A stretch of DNA of 64,000 nt from positions 310,001 to 374,000 of the forward strand of contig CM030335.1 of the NCBI GenBank assembly GCA_017654855.1, given 5' to 3'. A model generated the notes under the pieces. That model was not told the DNA's origin, searched no databases, and worked only from the letters and a program-made list of their open reading frames with translations. The stretch comes from Podospora anserina. Its lineage: Eukaryota. Position numbers and translations under genes: made by a program. Shown piece after piece: positions 48,732-61,628 of the stretch (position 1 is the stretch's first letter; every line of letters begins with the position of its first letter).

Positions 48732-51465
48732 TCACTCCTCCACCATCGGCTCCAACGCCTCCCTCAACCCCTCCTCCACAGCCCCCAACCTGTCCCCCTC
48801 CAAGCAAACCTTGCTCGTCGGCCGCCTCAAAACCTGATGCTTAGCCCAATACTCATTAAACCCCGGAATCACCCCCTTCTGGTTGATCCCCGTGCCCCTA
48901 AAAGTCCCCGAAGAACTCACGCTCCCCTCGGGACTCTTGGGCACACTAGAAACCGAAACCGTTGGGCTCGTCACCGCAAGCCCAAACGCCGGAATCGCCG
49001 TAGAAGTCGCAATCAAAGTAGGCGGCGGTGGTGGTGGCGTCGCAACAGGAGACGTAGGCGCAGTGTTCCCCCCCCACGGCCTCCATGAAACCAACCGCCC
49101 CAACGCAGAAGGCGTCCTCCTGATCCCTGGATGCAATCGTTCGTTGCCCGACCGTGTAGGCGTCGACACGGTCCGATTGGCAGGTTGCCTCACCTGATTC
49201 GCGAGGTTACCCATCAAAAAGACGCTTCCCCTCTTCCCATCACTGCTCCCACTCGTCAGGGTAGGTGAAGCAATAACCTCGCTGAGATTCGTCCCCGCAG
49301 CGCTCAAACCCAGGGGCTTCAACGCCAGCTGACTCGGTCGCGCCTGCAGCGTGTGAATATCCATCCCGTTGGACAAGGACATGATGGATTCCTGCGAGGT
49401 CACACGGCGTAACCTGCCACCCGGGCGTTGTAATACTTGCGAATCAAAGTGTTTGGAGTGTGGCGAGATGAGATCCCCTGCGTCTGTGCTGCCGGCGTCG
49501 GAGTAGGTCTGTGTCCCGTCATCTTGGACGCGTCTCGGAGTGCTGGGAGAGCGCTCGCCGCAACGGACAAAGTTGGTTAGCGGGTGTGGATTGGTTGGTG
49601 GCGGGCCGTTCCAAGTAGAGGATGCGTCAATCGGAAACATGGACCACTCCGAGGTTCTCTTTCGATGCGCGGTCTTCCATGCTGGTGATGTTGGATCCAG
49701 GCTTGTCGTGGGCGATGTGGGGTAAGAAACGTCCACCATGCGGTCAAATACGGAATTGCGGTTGTTGGACGACCGTGGGGAGCTGATCTCTGACGAATGT
49801 CCAAACTCTGATGGGTTCTCGTCATCTTGTCGAGACCAATGGTGTTCTGAAGGTGTTGGTGGCTCATGGTTCCCATTCACGGGACCCCGATGCCATCTTA
49901 TGGACGATGTGACGGGTGATGAAGGGGCAGAATACATCTTGGGTGGAGTGAAGGTACCAGATGATATCCCTTGTCGCTTCTTTCTCATCCTCTTGAGTTC
50001 CTGCTTGTGGGTGACGTGGTAATGGTGGTGAATATGTAATTGCTGCGTGATTCGAGGCGGTGGCTGCTCGTGTCCCTCCAGCTCGGCCCGGAGTGACTGG
50101 GGCGAGGTGCCGGCTTGTGGCGTTTCTTCCGCAGGTGTCTCGGGTTCTCTCTCGAAATCGTTTAGCGGTGGTGCTGGCTGGTGACACAGCAGCTGCTCCC
50201 GCAGCATCTGAATCTCGTCGTTGGAGTTGACCAGCATCTCGCGGAGTTCAGCCATTCCCAGCTGCAGGTTGGCGTTGTCCTGCAAGAGGTCGCGCACAAA
50301 GTGAGACACGACGTTGCCGCTGTTCTTACTATCAGTCATTGACCTTACCGCGGCGGCGCCCTTGAGCCTCCCAGCTGCTGTGTTGAGCTCCTTCTCCATG
50401 AGACGCTGCCTTTCCATGCGGCTGATGACTTCAACATGTCGTTCTCGATCCTCCCTCGCCTCTTTCTCCATTCGTTCCAACTGTGCTTGCAAGTCACTGA
50501 GCCCCTTCTCAGCTTGTTTCCAACGGTGTATGGCCGTCCGCGCCTCGTCTTTCGTGGTGATGACGGCGGCCTGTAGCGTGGCTTGTTCCTCCTCCAACAG
50601 TTCAATCTGCCTCTCCAGACTGGCCGCTCGTTGCGCTGCGCTTTCGAGCCGTCGCACCTCGCGCTGTGCATCTCGTAGCGTCCTTTCCAAAAATTCTATC
50701 TTTGTGTCTGCATCCTTGACAGTATCGTTCAGGTGGTCCAACTCGTCTCGTAGATTGTGGTTGTCGTGGTTGACCTCGCGGTTTTTTCGTTCGAGTTCAG
50801 CGTTTTCGGCTTCGAGCTGTTCAATTCGGGCGTTGAGCTCGGCTCTGTCCCTCTCTGCAGAGGCCATGTACGCTTCGTGGCGGGCGAGGAGCGTCTGGAG
50901 CGACCATGTTAGCGTTCGAGAAGGGAAGTAAAGGTCGAGTTCAAGTTCGAGTTCGAGCTCTGGGTCTGGCTCCTGCGTCAGGGCTGTCTCGTCTGGGTCA
51001 TCCATGGTGGTGTGCAGAAGAGAAACGAGAGATTCTCTTCAGAAGGCATAGTTGGCAACATGACAGACAGGTACACGATGACCACTCAAAAGACGGCAGC
51101 AGGCACACACAAAGGAAACCAGAGGGTGAAAGAGAAGGTGTCACAGTGGAATGTGGCGGGAAGCACGAAAGGGAAACCGCACAACGTACCTGCCCCATCT
51201 TGGCTGCCGCGTGGACATCCCGCTCGACGCTCAGCAGCACCGAGCAGTTGTGTCTCAAATATACACAGTCTTCTCTCCCGCAGCAGCACCGGATGTCATC
51301 GCCCGGCGGCGAGGACCCGACGACGTCGACGATGCCCATAGTATTATCAGTAGTGTCGTCAGTGCCTGTGCCTGTTCCCGTGCCTGTGTCTGTGTCTGTG
51401 TCTGTGTCTCTCGGCGGCGGGGGAGGCTGCGGCGGATCGGAGTTTGGGTAGGGGCTTGTTGCCAT
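48732..51465 (-). CDS. Conserved fungal coiled-coil protein of unknown function; 1 intron at about 51189-50896
   Basis: CCCGREDCVYLRHN..LLSVERDVHAAAKMGQ|TLLARHEAYMA, a long coiled coil, VVSHFVRDLLQDNANLQLG..ELREML, LHIHHHYH and S/P-rich tail ending LREALE. Confidence 0.85.
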
Positions 51466-52733
51466 GCCAGGTTTATACGGGAACAGGTGGAAGGCGGTAA
51501 CAGTATGGTGGTGGTGGTGGTGGTAACGGGGACGACAACGCAAATGCTACTCGTAGCAGCATAGTCGCTACCGCGCTTTCGGATCGGGATGACAGGTGCA
51601 GGTGTCCTTGGGGGTGGAAAAAGAGGCGAGTGTTGGGCAAGGAGGTTCCCCGGGCGCGGCAGAAAAGCGCATGGATTGAGGTGAGTGGGTGTTTGACAGG
51701 CTCTGACACGGACCGGCGATGGCTTCAGCGATGTTCCCAGGCCTGCTGTCTGTAGTATATTGATCAACTCCAAATGGAATGAATAATTACCCGCTGGACT
51801 CCCAAGCAACCGGTGGAGTCCTCTGACAACGCTACCCGTGGCCAGGGGCGGTCAAAAAGACTATCGGCGCTATCAGTGCGCTAGCCGGGTTTTCGCTCCG
51901 GTCCGTCAAAGCCAAGACTATTGTGGGTGATGCTGTCACGATGGACCGGACACATGACGAAGGTGGATTGACGGGTGGTGTTGTTTGTGACTGGAGGGCT
52001 GGATGGAATATGAGGAGAAAGGGCAAACAAGGAATTCGACAGAGAGTCTCGAGGAGGTTGGCAATGCCAGCCAGCCAACACCTTACAGCCAATGGCTTCT
52101 GTTGGTTCCGGTGTAATGGCCCTCCAATGGCCCTGACCCTGACCGCGACCGCGACCGCAACCGACACGTGCGACCCGACCGCGTTCTGGAAGGGCAGCAC
52201 AAACACCAACAAGACACCAGCGCCAGGCACGGACCCACTCTCCAAATTCTCGGCTGCATCCCCCTGCCCTGTCGATGACGGAACCTTTTCTGGAGGGGAC
52301 ATCCCCCCCACATTTCATCCACATTCTGCGCATTCCACAGCGAAGAGAAAATCTTTGTGCATAAGGGGCGTCATCTGGACGTGCATTATTCGCTGGATCA
52401 ATTCCCAACTCTCCACTGCGCGCATTCAAAGAGAATTTCTCGTTTGCTGGCGACAGCCACGTTGGTGTTGGGTCCATCAACGGTGAGGAGAAGGAAGCCA
52501 AGAGCGGTGTGGCCTCGGGTCCATCCATGTAAGGTGAGCTGGCCAACACCGAGGTCTCCATGACATGAATATCTTTTTCCGAATTCAAGACATTCATTCA
52601 GGGTCCATTGTCTTTCAGGAAGTTAATAATATAACACTAAACGAGACCACCTGTACAACCTCCACCCCTGTGATAGCTGCCTCCAATATGGAGATACTCA
52701 ACGCCCACCTGAGCAATTCCATCCATCCATCCA

Positions 52734-53531
52734 TCACTGCAAATTCACAAACAACCCCCCATCCACCAGCACTTGCGCCCCAGTCACATACCCACTCAAC
52801 TCCTCACACGCCAAAAAAACCGCCGGCCCCGCCACGTCTCCCGGCTCTCCAACCCTCCCCAGCGGGATCCTCCCCTCCATATACCTCAGCTTGTCTCCCC
52901 CCTCCCTCAAATCCTCCTCATTCAACTGCGTCCTCACCGTCCCCGGCAATATGGCATTAGCCCTGATGTTATACTTCCCCAGCGCACACGCCGCACTCTG
53001 CATCAGAGACAACAACCCCGCCTTGGTGGGTGTGTAATGCGCTTGCTCTGCCCCCCCGACCAAGGCAGAGATGCTCGATATCCCGATGATCGACCCCCCT
53101 TTTGGCTCCTGAGTCGCCATTTGTCTCGCCGCCGCCTGGACAAGATAAAACGCTCCGTCGAGGTTGGTCCGGACGGTCTTGTCAAAGAGGTCTCGGGTTA
53201 TGTCGAGGAAGGGGGTGAATGTGCAGACGCCTGCGTTGGAGACACAGATGTCGAGGCGGGAGGTGTGGAAGGTTTCGAGGGCGAACTGGACGAGGGCGGG
53301 GCCGGTGGTTGGGTCGCGGACGTCGCCGGGGAGGTGGGCTATTTTCCCGGGGAGGGAAGAGGCTTCGGAGAGGAGGGAGGTGAGGTGGTCGGTGTCGGAG
53401 GGGAGGTTGAGGTGGTTCACGGCGACGTTGCAGCCTTGGGCGAGGAAGGCGAGGGTGATGGCGCGGCCTATGCCTGTGGTGCCGCCGGTGATGATGGCTG
53501 TTCTGTTGAGGAGGAGGTTGGTGGCGGGCAT
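52734..53531 (-). CDS. LRA1: L-rhamnose 1-dehydrogenase (SDR family)
   Basis: TGGTTGIG, SNAGVC, ISSISALVGG, HYTPTKAG, ILPGTVRTQLN and VDGGLFVNLQ; adjacent to the rhamnonate dehydratase. Confidence 0.9.
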   Translation of the reverse strand: MPATNLLLNRTAIITGGTTGIGRAITLAFLAQGCNVAVNHLNLPSDTDHLTSLLSEASSLPGKIAHLPGDVRDPTTGPALVQFALETFHTSRLDICVSNAGVCTFTPFLDITRDLFDKTVRTNLDGAFYLVQAAARQMATQEPKGGSIIGISSISALVGGAEQAHYTPTKAGLLSLMQSAACALGKYNIRANAILPGTVRTQLNEEDLREGGDKLRYMEGRIPLGRVGEPGDVAGPAVFLACEELSGYVTGAQVLVDGGLFVNLQ

Positions 53532-54346
53532 GGTGGGTGGTCACAACCAGGTGTCGGAAAGGTGAGTTCTTGGTGTCAGGAGCAAGCAAAGGTGAGCTGT
53601 GCCGTGACACAACCTTCAACGATCAACCTATGTCATACCTTCCATCTTGACACGCAAACCCACGAGGGGGTCGCTGCCATTCACACAATTATCCCGTCCG
53701 GCTCGCGGGGTAAATTCCTAGATGCAACCTCTCCCCTTGACCTCCATTCTCTCTAGGGCACCATATCTCACATCACCGCAGCCTTGTCCGCGGTGTCTAA
53801 CAACAATCTCATCACACCCTCTGCAAAGCCCCCAAACAACCACTTACCTCATGTCAGGAATAATGCTCGCGGTACAAAATCAGATCCCATATGAAAGCTG
53901 ACAATCACCCCTGCTCCTGTGCCTCTTATCCTGGATCCACATCCCCCCTCTGCCCCACCCCACAGCTCGGGGTTAAATACAGCGAGGTGATGATCCCACT
54001 TGGACACACAAAGAACCCCCTCTTCATCACATTGCATGAATTTTGGAGACACACGGCACAGAGTATCCGGATACCTGGTTGACCTTTTGTTGGGCTGTAT
54101 TGTTTCATGATTTGAGGGCAACATCAACACCTTCACGACGGTTGATATGACGTCAGTACAACGGGCTTGCGGGATACCCAAGGATCATGCTTGCCAGTGG
54201 GATGGAAGAGATAAACAAAACTGATATTCAAAATGGTAGAATAAAACGCAGACAACAAAAACAAAAAAAAGAAAAAGAAATATCCAATGTCTAGTACCCC
54301 CAAGATAAACTCCTATCCAATCATGTAGCTCTCTGGCGTGAGGTGG

Positions 54347-55844
54347 TCAAGCCTTGGCCTTCCCAGACAACTGCCCCTCCACGTGGCGTCCATTGACACC
54401 ATTAACCTCCTTCTTCTCCTCACTCACCGGTGGGGGTAGCGAATTGGTAGGAATAGCCAGCAGATAAGTACTCGGAATCAGCTTCGCCCTCGCAACCGGG
54501 TTCAGCGTCAGCCCGAACCCCGGCTTGTCCAGATCAGCCGCCGTCAAGAAACCGTTGGTGGGGATCGGCTCGTCCACAAACAAATCGCCAAACACGGGCA
54601 GCACGCTCTTCCCGTCGGGCGAGTTGGCCAGGTACTCCTGAAAGGGGGTGTTGGGCTGGCTGATGACAAAGTGGTAGCTGTACGGCCCGCTCGCGTGGGG
54701 GACCACGGGAATATCATAGGCCGACGCCATGGCGGCCACCCTGAGCAGCTCCGTCATGCCGCCGAGCCACATGACGTCTGGCTGGATGATGTCCAGGTTC
54801 CTCCCCTCGATCAGCTTGCGGAACCCGTACCGCGAGTACTCGTGCTCGCCCGTGGTGAACTTGATGGTCGGGTGGGCGCGCTTGATCTGCTTGAAGCCGT
54901 CCGTGTCGTCGGGGCTGAGGCACTCCTCCCACCAGTTGATGTTTAGGTCCTCGCACGCCTTGGCAATCTCGATCGTGTAGGGCACGTTTAGCGACATGTA
55001 GCAGTCGACCATCAGGGGAAAGTCCGGGCCGACTGACTCGCGGTGCTTGCGGAGGAACTCGACGTTCTTCTTAAGGCCGACGTGGCCCTCTTCGGGGCAG
55101 TAGGGGAGAGGCACTTTGGCGCCCCAGAAGCCCATTTTTTTGGCGGCTGGGGGGTCTGGGCCGGTGCAGTAAAAGTCGATGCGGTCTTTGGTGTTGCCGC
55201 CAATGAGCTTGTAGACGGGCTCGCCGCGGATCTTGCCGAGCAGGTCCCAGAGGGCGAGGTCGATGACGGATATCACGGCAACGGGGAGACCTTTTCTGCC
55301 GTAGAACATGGACGCTCGGTACATTTGCTCAAACAGGTGGTTTGTGTTGCGAGGGTCTTCTCCGATCAGGAAGCGCTCAAAGTGCTGATGGACGAGCCAA
55401 CACGCTGGAGGGCCTGCAATTGCAAACAATATCAGTCTCCATTTCCGGTGGGAGAAAAGCGGGCAGTGTTGACATTACCACCAAAGCCAGTTGCAAAGCC
55501 AACTGTTCCATCGCTGGCCTCAATCTCGACAAAGAACGAGCCGAGAACATTGATACCCCAGCTCGTCCGTGATGCCCGGTACTTCTCCCATCTTGAGCAT
55601 GGAGTAGAAATTGGACTGTCTATGAGCCTGGACTGAAGTTAGGAAATGCTGCCAAGGTGCTGGCTTTTTGAAAGAAAGCACCTCACCAATGACCACCTTT
55701 GACATTGTGGTAATCGCCACCTGTAATCTGGTTAGCCAGCAGTTTTGTCTCAGCCGTTTGGGGATTCCACATACCTGAGCCCACACCGCCGATGACGAAC
55801 GATCGGATACTTTTGATGGTGGGGAACGCTTTTACAGACGCCAT
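54347..55844 (-). CDS. LRA3: L-rhamnonate dehydratase (mandelate racemase/enolase superfamily); 3 introns
   Basis: GVGS|GGDYHNVKGGH|WLIDSPISTP..SRTSWGINVLGSF, YGRKG, LMVDCYMSL, WWEECLSPDD, TTGEHEY, QPDVMWLGG and VVPHASG. Confidence 0.93.
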
Positions 55845-57965
55845 GGTGTCAACGTCTTTTTGGTTCCCAGATAATGAGAGAGGTGGATCGTAACGGCGGG
55901 AAGCAAGCCTCTGGGAGAACCAGTCCCAAGTTATATGCGGTCCAGATGCCTACCTAGCGTCAACGTCTAGTGTCCGATGGCTTGGCATGTGGGGGATGGT
56001 TGATGTGAAAAAGGGGAGGAATTGGGAGGATAAGGCTTCCTTATTATTTCTCTCTACTTGGCTCTGTCAACTACGTAGCCGGAAAGGTCCCTGTGCAGGG
56101 ACAATGCATGTCAAGGGACAAACAACGTCCTCACCAAAGGGGCCAAGGATAGATAGCACTTGGGAAAATAGTGAAACCGGTCGGGTTGTGATGCCCCGAC
56201 GATGGCGACATATAGTCAAGTAGCTCTATTGTTCTCAGATAAGCATCCGGGAACGTGGGCCTGGCCGTTCGCTCTGATCCAAAGACAAAAGACAACGTCA
56301 ACCCCACCTTTGGCATGCACATGGAGGGATGCTGCCAGGGAGCAGAGGCGGATTGGTGGATCACCGTGAAGGGCTATTGGGGTATTTCGCGCTAGGGCTA
56401 TCCGAAGGCGTCACAGTTTGTTGTTGGTCCGGACGGGTGATGGGCACCGGGTGACGGGTCACAGCTCGGTGGTGGTGGTGGTGGTGATGTGGACGGGGGG
56501 AGGATTATACCCTTTTGGTCAAGGGCTGCCGCGACCAACATGGAATCCCGCGTCTTCCGTCGACAACATGTCGGAGGAGGGCTCGAGGGCCATCCTGTCT
56601 ATGCCAGGGTGCGGCAAAGATGCCACGGGTTTCTTACTGTCGTACTCTTGTGGATAGCTGCGGCATGCTGCGGTGGCCGGTCAGTCGAGGTGCTACTGTG
56701 GCAGATGATACCATTGGACCCAGAGCAGCGGTTCGGTTCAAGCTTGCCGTTGGGCTCTCGATATGAACGATGTGAGAGAGTCTGTCAGGCGCAACGACTT
56801 GGGGTAGCATCGCCCCGTCTTCACCGCATTCTCTCGCTGCGTCGACTGCACACTGCACACTCTGCAGCCCGGCTGCAAGTAATTCCATTTGGGTTTGTGT
56901 GTAGCATTCCGGTCATGCTGATAAGCACGTGGGACCGGGTGCGAAGGGCTTCTCGGACTGGTCATGATGATGGTGGTGGGACGAACGCCATGAAGGATTC
57001 CCTGATTGTCGTCGGGGGTCTCTCTCTCTCTCTCTCGAGCAAACACTAACTCCTCCTGTCACTGAAATCTGATGTGTCAGTTGCCCCCAATCAATGTATA
57101 TCTCGAATCCTTCCGAGTTCACCTCGCGTGTTTCTCGTAGCTGACCACCTCCATCCTCAAGAAGACGGAAAGCGGTGAGCAATGGATGACATGACATGAG
57201 ATGTGAGATTGGACAGCTTGACAGCCCTAAAAGGCGTTGGAGTCTCGCAGCAACACCATCTCGTCCAGCACAACCTTGGAAGAGGTGTCAAGAAACAGCC
57301 CGCTGGGACACCGGCTGCTTGTGCTGTGCGCCTGTGCTACCCCACCCCCCACAATTCTCCACACAGGGCACGCACTCCACCAACCCCGGAAATCCAAGCA
57401 AAGGCAAGGTCCGGGCACGGTCCAACAACAGTCCTCTCCCCCAGCAGGGCACCCCCTCACCACCCCCCTCCCCAGCTCCCCAGCTCCCCCGGGCCCAGAC
57501 TCCCCCAGATGACCGCCGCAACGTGGTGTTCCGTACCGCACCTAGTCGTGTAGGTAGTGCCCTGGTGTCCCTGTTTGGGTATAAGGTAAATTAATGCTGG
57601 GTAAAAAAGAGGAATGTGGTCTCTCCACCGCCCTCGCTGTTCTGCTCATCATTACCCCGAGTGTTCATTGGAGTCGTTTCTTGTCTCAATCACACGTGTT
57701 GTTGGCGCTGCCCGCTGCCGTTTCTGACACCCGAGGACCCGAAATCCCGAAGAGTGCCCGCCCGCCCGTTGTTGCGAACTGTTCCCCCGTTCGGGTTGTG
57801 CTGCTTGTCGTCGTGCTTCGGCAACCTGCGTCGTTGCCCCGATCCACTCGCTCGGCGCGCGCAGTAAGCGTCACCACTCAACGGCTGGCGCTTCCAGGCT
57901 GGTTGTCTTGGGGACTTGACAAAGGCTTGAGCTTAAGACGGGAGCCTGGGGAAGAAGCTCTGGCC

Positions 57966-60817
57966 ATGATGCAGCCGGCGGTCCAAGCTTCCACCAGATA
58001 CAACAACAACAACAATGGTCAGAATTCCCACGCCCAGTCATCGCCCTCCTACTCGTCGCATGGCGGCGGACATCACCACCAGGACCCCGCAGACAGCGAT
58101 GACGGAGGCCAGCAGAGTGGGGAAGACGACCATGACCTCGACGACCAGGGCGAGGGCGTGCGTCTGGGGAAGCGCAAGAGACCGGTATCTGTTTCGTGAG
58201 CACTTCAACAACACGCTGTGTGACGCTAAGGAAAATGCTAATTGGCCTTGTTGTGCTGCCTTGCTAGGTGCGAGTTGTGCAAACAGCGCAAAGTGAGTTC
58301 TCGTCCACCCCCCCTCCGACCCGACCGACAGCCATTGCCCGGCCCCCGATGCTGACCTGACCGCGACAGGTGAAATGTGACCGCGCCCAGCCATCGTGCG
58401 GCTGGTGTAGCCGAAACGGAGCTACCTGCGAATACAAGGAGCGCAAGAAGCCGGGTCTACGCGCTGGCTACGGACGGGAATTGGAGCAGCGGCTGGACAA
58501 GCTGGAAGGAATGTTGAGGGCTCACGACAAGCTGCTGCAAGCTCTGACCTCCAACTCAAACACTAGTCCGGGAAGCGGCAATGGCAGCGGTACCGGTGCC
58601 TTTAGCCATCACAACGCTCCCAGCGTCAGGGGAAGTCACACCAGCCAGCTGAGCGATCGAGGCACGCCACGAGAGGTCCGTGAAGCCGGCCCGCCGTCGA
58701 TATTCGCGCGGAGCGAGACCATCCGGACCCCCCAGGCCGAGACGGCCTTGTTCCTCCAAAGACCCACGACATCGGTTGACCTGGGGATACAGGGCCCTCT
58801 GTCAGCCACATCCACCATGGCGGACCCGTTTCAGAGTCTATCCAACAGCATCGTCTCGCCCCGCGGCCAGTTGCCAGCTTCCGGTCCAAGCACTGGAGCA
58901 CAGGAGTACTACACTACCGCACCGACAACCTCGGTGGCCGCTCTACAATCACCACCAGCCCACGCGCCGCCAGGAAGCCACATGGGCACCGAACAGGAGC
59001 TACCGCCGTACGACCTGCTCTATGGCCTGGTGGACTTGTACTTTAAGCACATCAACACGTGGTGCCCTATCCTACACCGAACGACGACGTTGGATGCCCT
59101 CTTTGGGCCGTCAATCTTGGACGAGACCGACAAGATCCTGCTGCATGCCATTGTGGCCACCACCGTACGGTACTCGACAGATCAACGGCTGACTGACGGA
59201 GCTCGCCAACGATACCATTCCGCGTCCAAGAACCGCGTGATTTTGTATGGCATGGAGAACCTCTCTGTCAAGTCGCTGCAGGCGTTGGTCATCCTGGCTC
59301 TGGATTTGTGCGGAAGCGGCAATGGCCCGCCCGGTTGGAACATCATGGCTATCATCACCCGGGCCGTCGTCCAGCTAGGTCTGGCAGTGGAAAGCAACTC
59401 CATCTCCGTGGCACCCAATTACCGGTCCATCTACACGCTCCGGGCCATGATCCTCCCAGAACCCCGCGATTTTATTGAAGAAGAGTCCAGGCGGAGGTTA
59501 TTCTGGATGGTGTACCTTCTCGACCGATACGCGACGATAGCCACCGCCTTTGACTTTGCGCTCGACGATCGAGAGGTTGACCGAACCCTCCCATGTCGAG
59601 ATGACTTATGGATCAAGAACCAAAAAGTCGACACCCGATGGCTGCGCCTGGACGACTCTCGACCGACCCTGACAAGTGGCAACTCGCCCGAGTACGAGGT
59701 CGACAAGCCGGAGAATCTGGGCGCCTTCAGCCATTATATCGAGATCCTCTCCATACTCTCCAGGATACACAAGTTCCTCCGCAAGCCCGTTGACATCAGC
59801 GCGCTGTCGGATGTCGAGCAGTGGCAGATGCGCTACAAGGAGCTGGACAACATGCTGGCTGCCTGGAAGTTCAATCTCCCGGGGGATTATGGCAACATGG
59901 CCAAGCTCTTCCAACCAAGCTCCGCCAAAGCCATCAATTGTGGCTGGGTGATGTTGCACGCAACTTTCCACACCGCCGTCATCCGCCTTCATTCCTCCGC
60001 CGCCTATCCCACCACCCGCTCCCCGATCTTCACCCCAAGTTACAGCGCCTCGCAGCGGTGTCACAGTGCGGCCGAGAACATCGCTGCCCTCCGCGAGTTT
60101 GTCGTCAGCAATAACCTGCTGAACAAGCTCGGGCCACCATTCGCGTTCACGCTGTGGGTGGCCGCCCGCGTCTTGCTTGTTCACGGGAGCACGGTGGAGC
60201 ACAAGCTGGACACCTCGCAGATACGGTTATTTATCGACACGCTGGGGGAGATGGGGCGGTACTGGCCTGTCGCGACGCGGTACTGTGGGCTTCTTACCCG
60301 TGTGCTGGAGGAACATCACGACAATGCTCGCCAGGGAGGGAGCGAGACGCCGAAGATTGTCAAGATTCTGGCCGACATGCGGAGGACGGCGTTTGACCTC
60401 GACTTTTTGATCAGTCGGCAGCCGAGGCATGTTCCACGGAGCAAGAATGGTGTGCCGGGGTCGAGTGGTGCTGCTGGTGGTCCTGGTGGGGGGGCACATA
60501 CCGGGCCGGGAAGGGGTGGTGGTGGTGGTGGATGGCCGGGGAGGTTTGGGCAGGCGCCGCCGGCCACGAACGAGTTGGAGTATTTGGACGTGTTTGACTT
60601 TTTTAATGTGCCGAGGCTGCCGGTTGCGCAGGCTGGGATGGTGAGTGATTCGCATGGTGGTGGTCATGGTGTTTCGGGGGGTGATGGGATGGGGGGAGGA
60701 GGGATAGGGCATGGTGGGGGGGCGGCGGTGGCGGGGGAGTTCAATATTACCGAGTTCATGGTGGATGCTAATAGGGATTGGCTTTTTCAGCAGGGGGAGA
60801 CCAAGTTTTTGGCTTGA
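57966..60817 (+). CDS. rhaR: Zn(II)2Cys6 transcription factor, RhaR/PDR-1-like; 25-nt micro-exon at 58268-58292
   Basis: KRKRPVSVS|CELCKQRK|VKCDRAQPSCGWCSRNGATCEYKERKKPGLRAGYG, Fungal_trans domain (YFKHINTWCPILH, RRRLFWMVYLLDR); divergent from LRA3. Confidence 0.88.
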
Positions 60818-61301
60818 AGGACATATGGGAAGGCGTTTGGTATAGTTAAGGAGGTGGTTTTGGTATTGGATGACCATCTAGCAGGCGGTTAATGATTTTG
60901 GGTTTGGGTTTGGGTTTGGATGATATCCCTGTCAACGTTGGATTATACGGCAGTTGAAAATATGAGCTGGTTGTTCAACATGAGAGATGGGCTTTCTAGG
61001 CTAGGTTCCTTCCAGCTGCTGAGGATGTCCATTGCCGAGCAGGTCCACACATTTGCAGGAGGCACTGTCTCCTCTTTTAGCTGCATCATGATTTCCTTTT
61101 ACGTCCCCTTTGAGCGGAGGCCGTCACCACGTCAATCTCTCTCCACATTGAAATTTACCCACCCTTTTGAACCTTTTCAAACCCAACCTCTCTCTAAACA
61201 CTGCTCGATTCTTCGCTTAGGTGCCTACTACGACCGTCCCTCCAACACCACGTTTCCAAACGCCCGCTCCGACAGACATCGCACCCATCCCACGAGCGGA
61301 G

Positions 61302-61628
61302 ATGCTACTCTCTGAGCAGCAGCTACTTATCATCCTCCGAGGCTTGGTGCTTCTCAAGAAACAAGAAATTCCCGACGCCAAAGACGAGATCCACGACCTC
61401 AAGGAGGGGGTCGGCTTCTTAAAGGGTAAGGTCTGCTGTCTTGAGGATGAGGTTGGCCGCCTCAAGGAGGAAATCCGCTGCGTGGAGGATGAGGTCCCAC
61501 TGCGTGACGGGGCTGTTGATGGCTATGAAGAAAGGGGGGTACAGTGTGTTTGGAGGGCTTGGTACGTGATCAGGAGGACCGCTGGTTTCGTGTGGAGCTG
61601 TTGGAGTGGGTGCTGCCGGTTTGGTTGA
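61302..61628 (+). CDS. Small hypothetical protein with a heptad coiled coil
   Basis: MLLSEQQLLIILRGL..IHDLKEGVGFLKGKVCCLEDEVGRLKEEIRCVEDEV has heptad periodicity and coding-like composition. Confidence 0.4.
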   Translation: MLLSEQQLLIILRGLVLLKKQEIPDAKDEIHDLKEGVGFLKGKVCCLEDEVGRLKEEIRCVEDEVPLRDGAVDGYEERGVQCVWRAWYVIRRTAGFVWSCWSGCCRFG

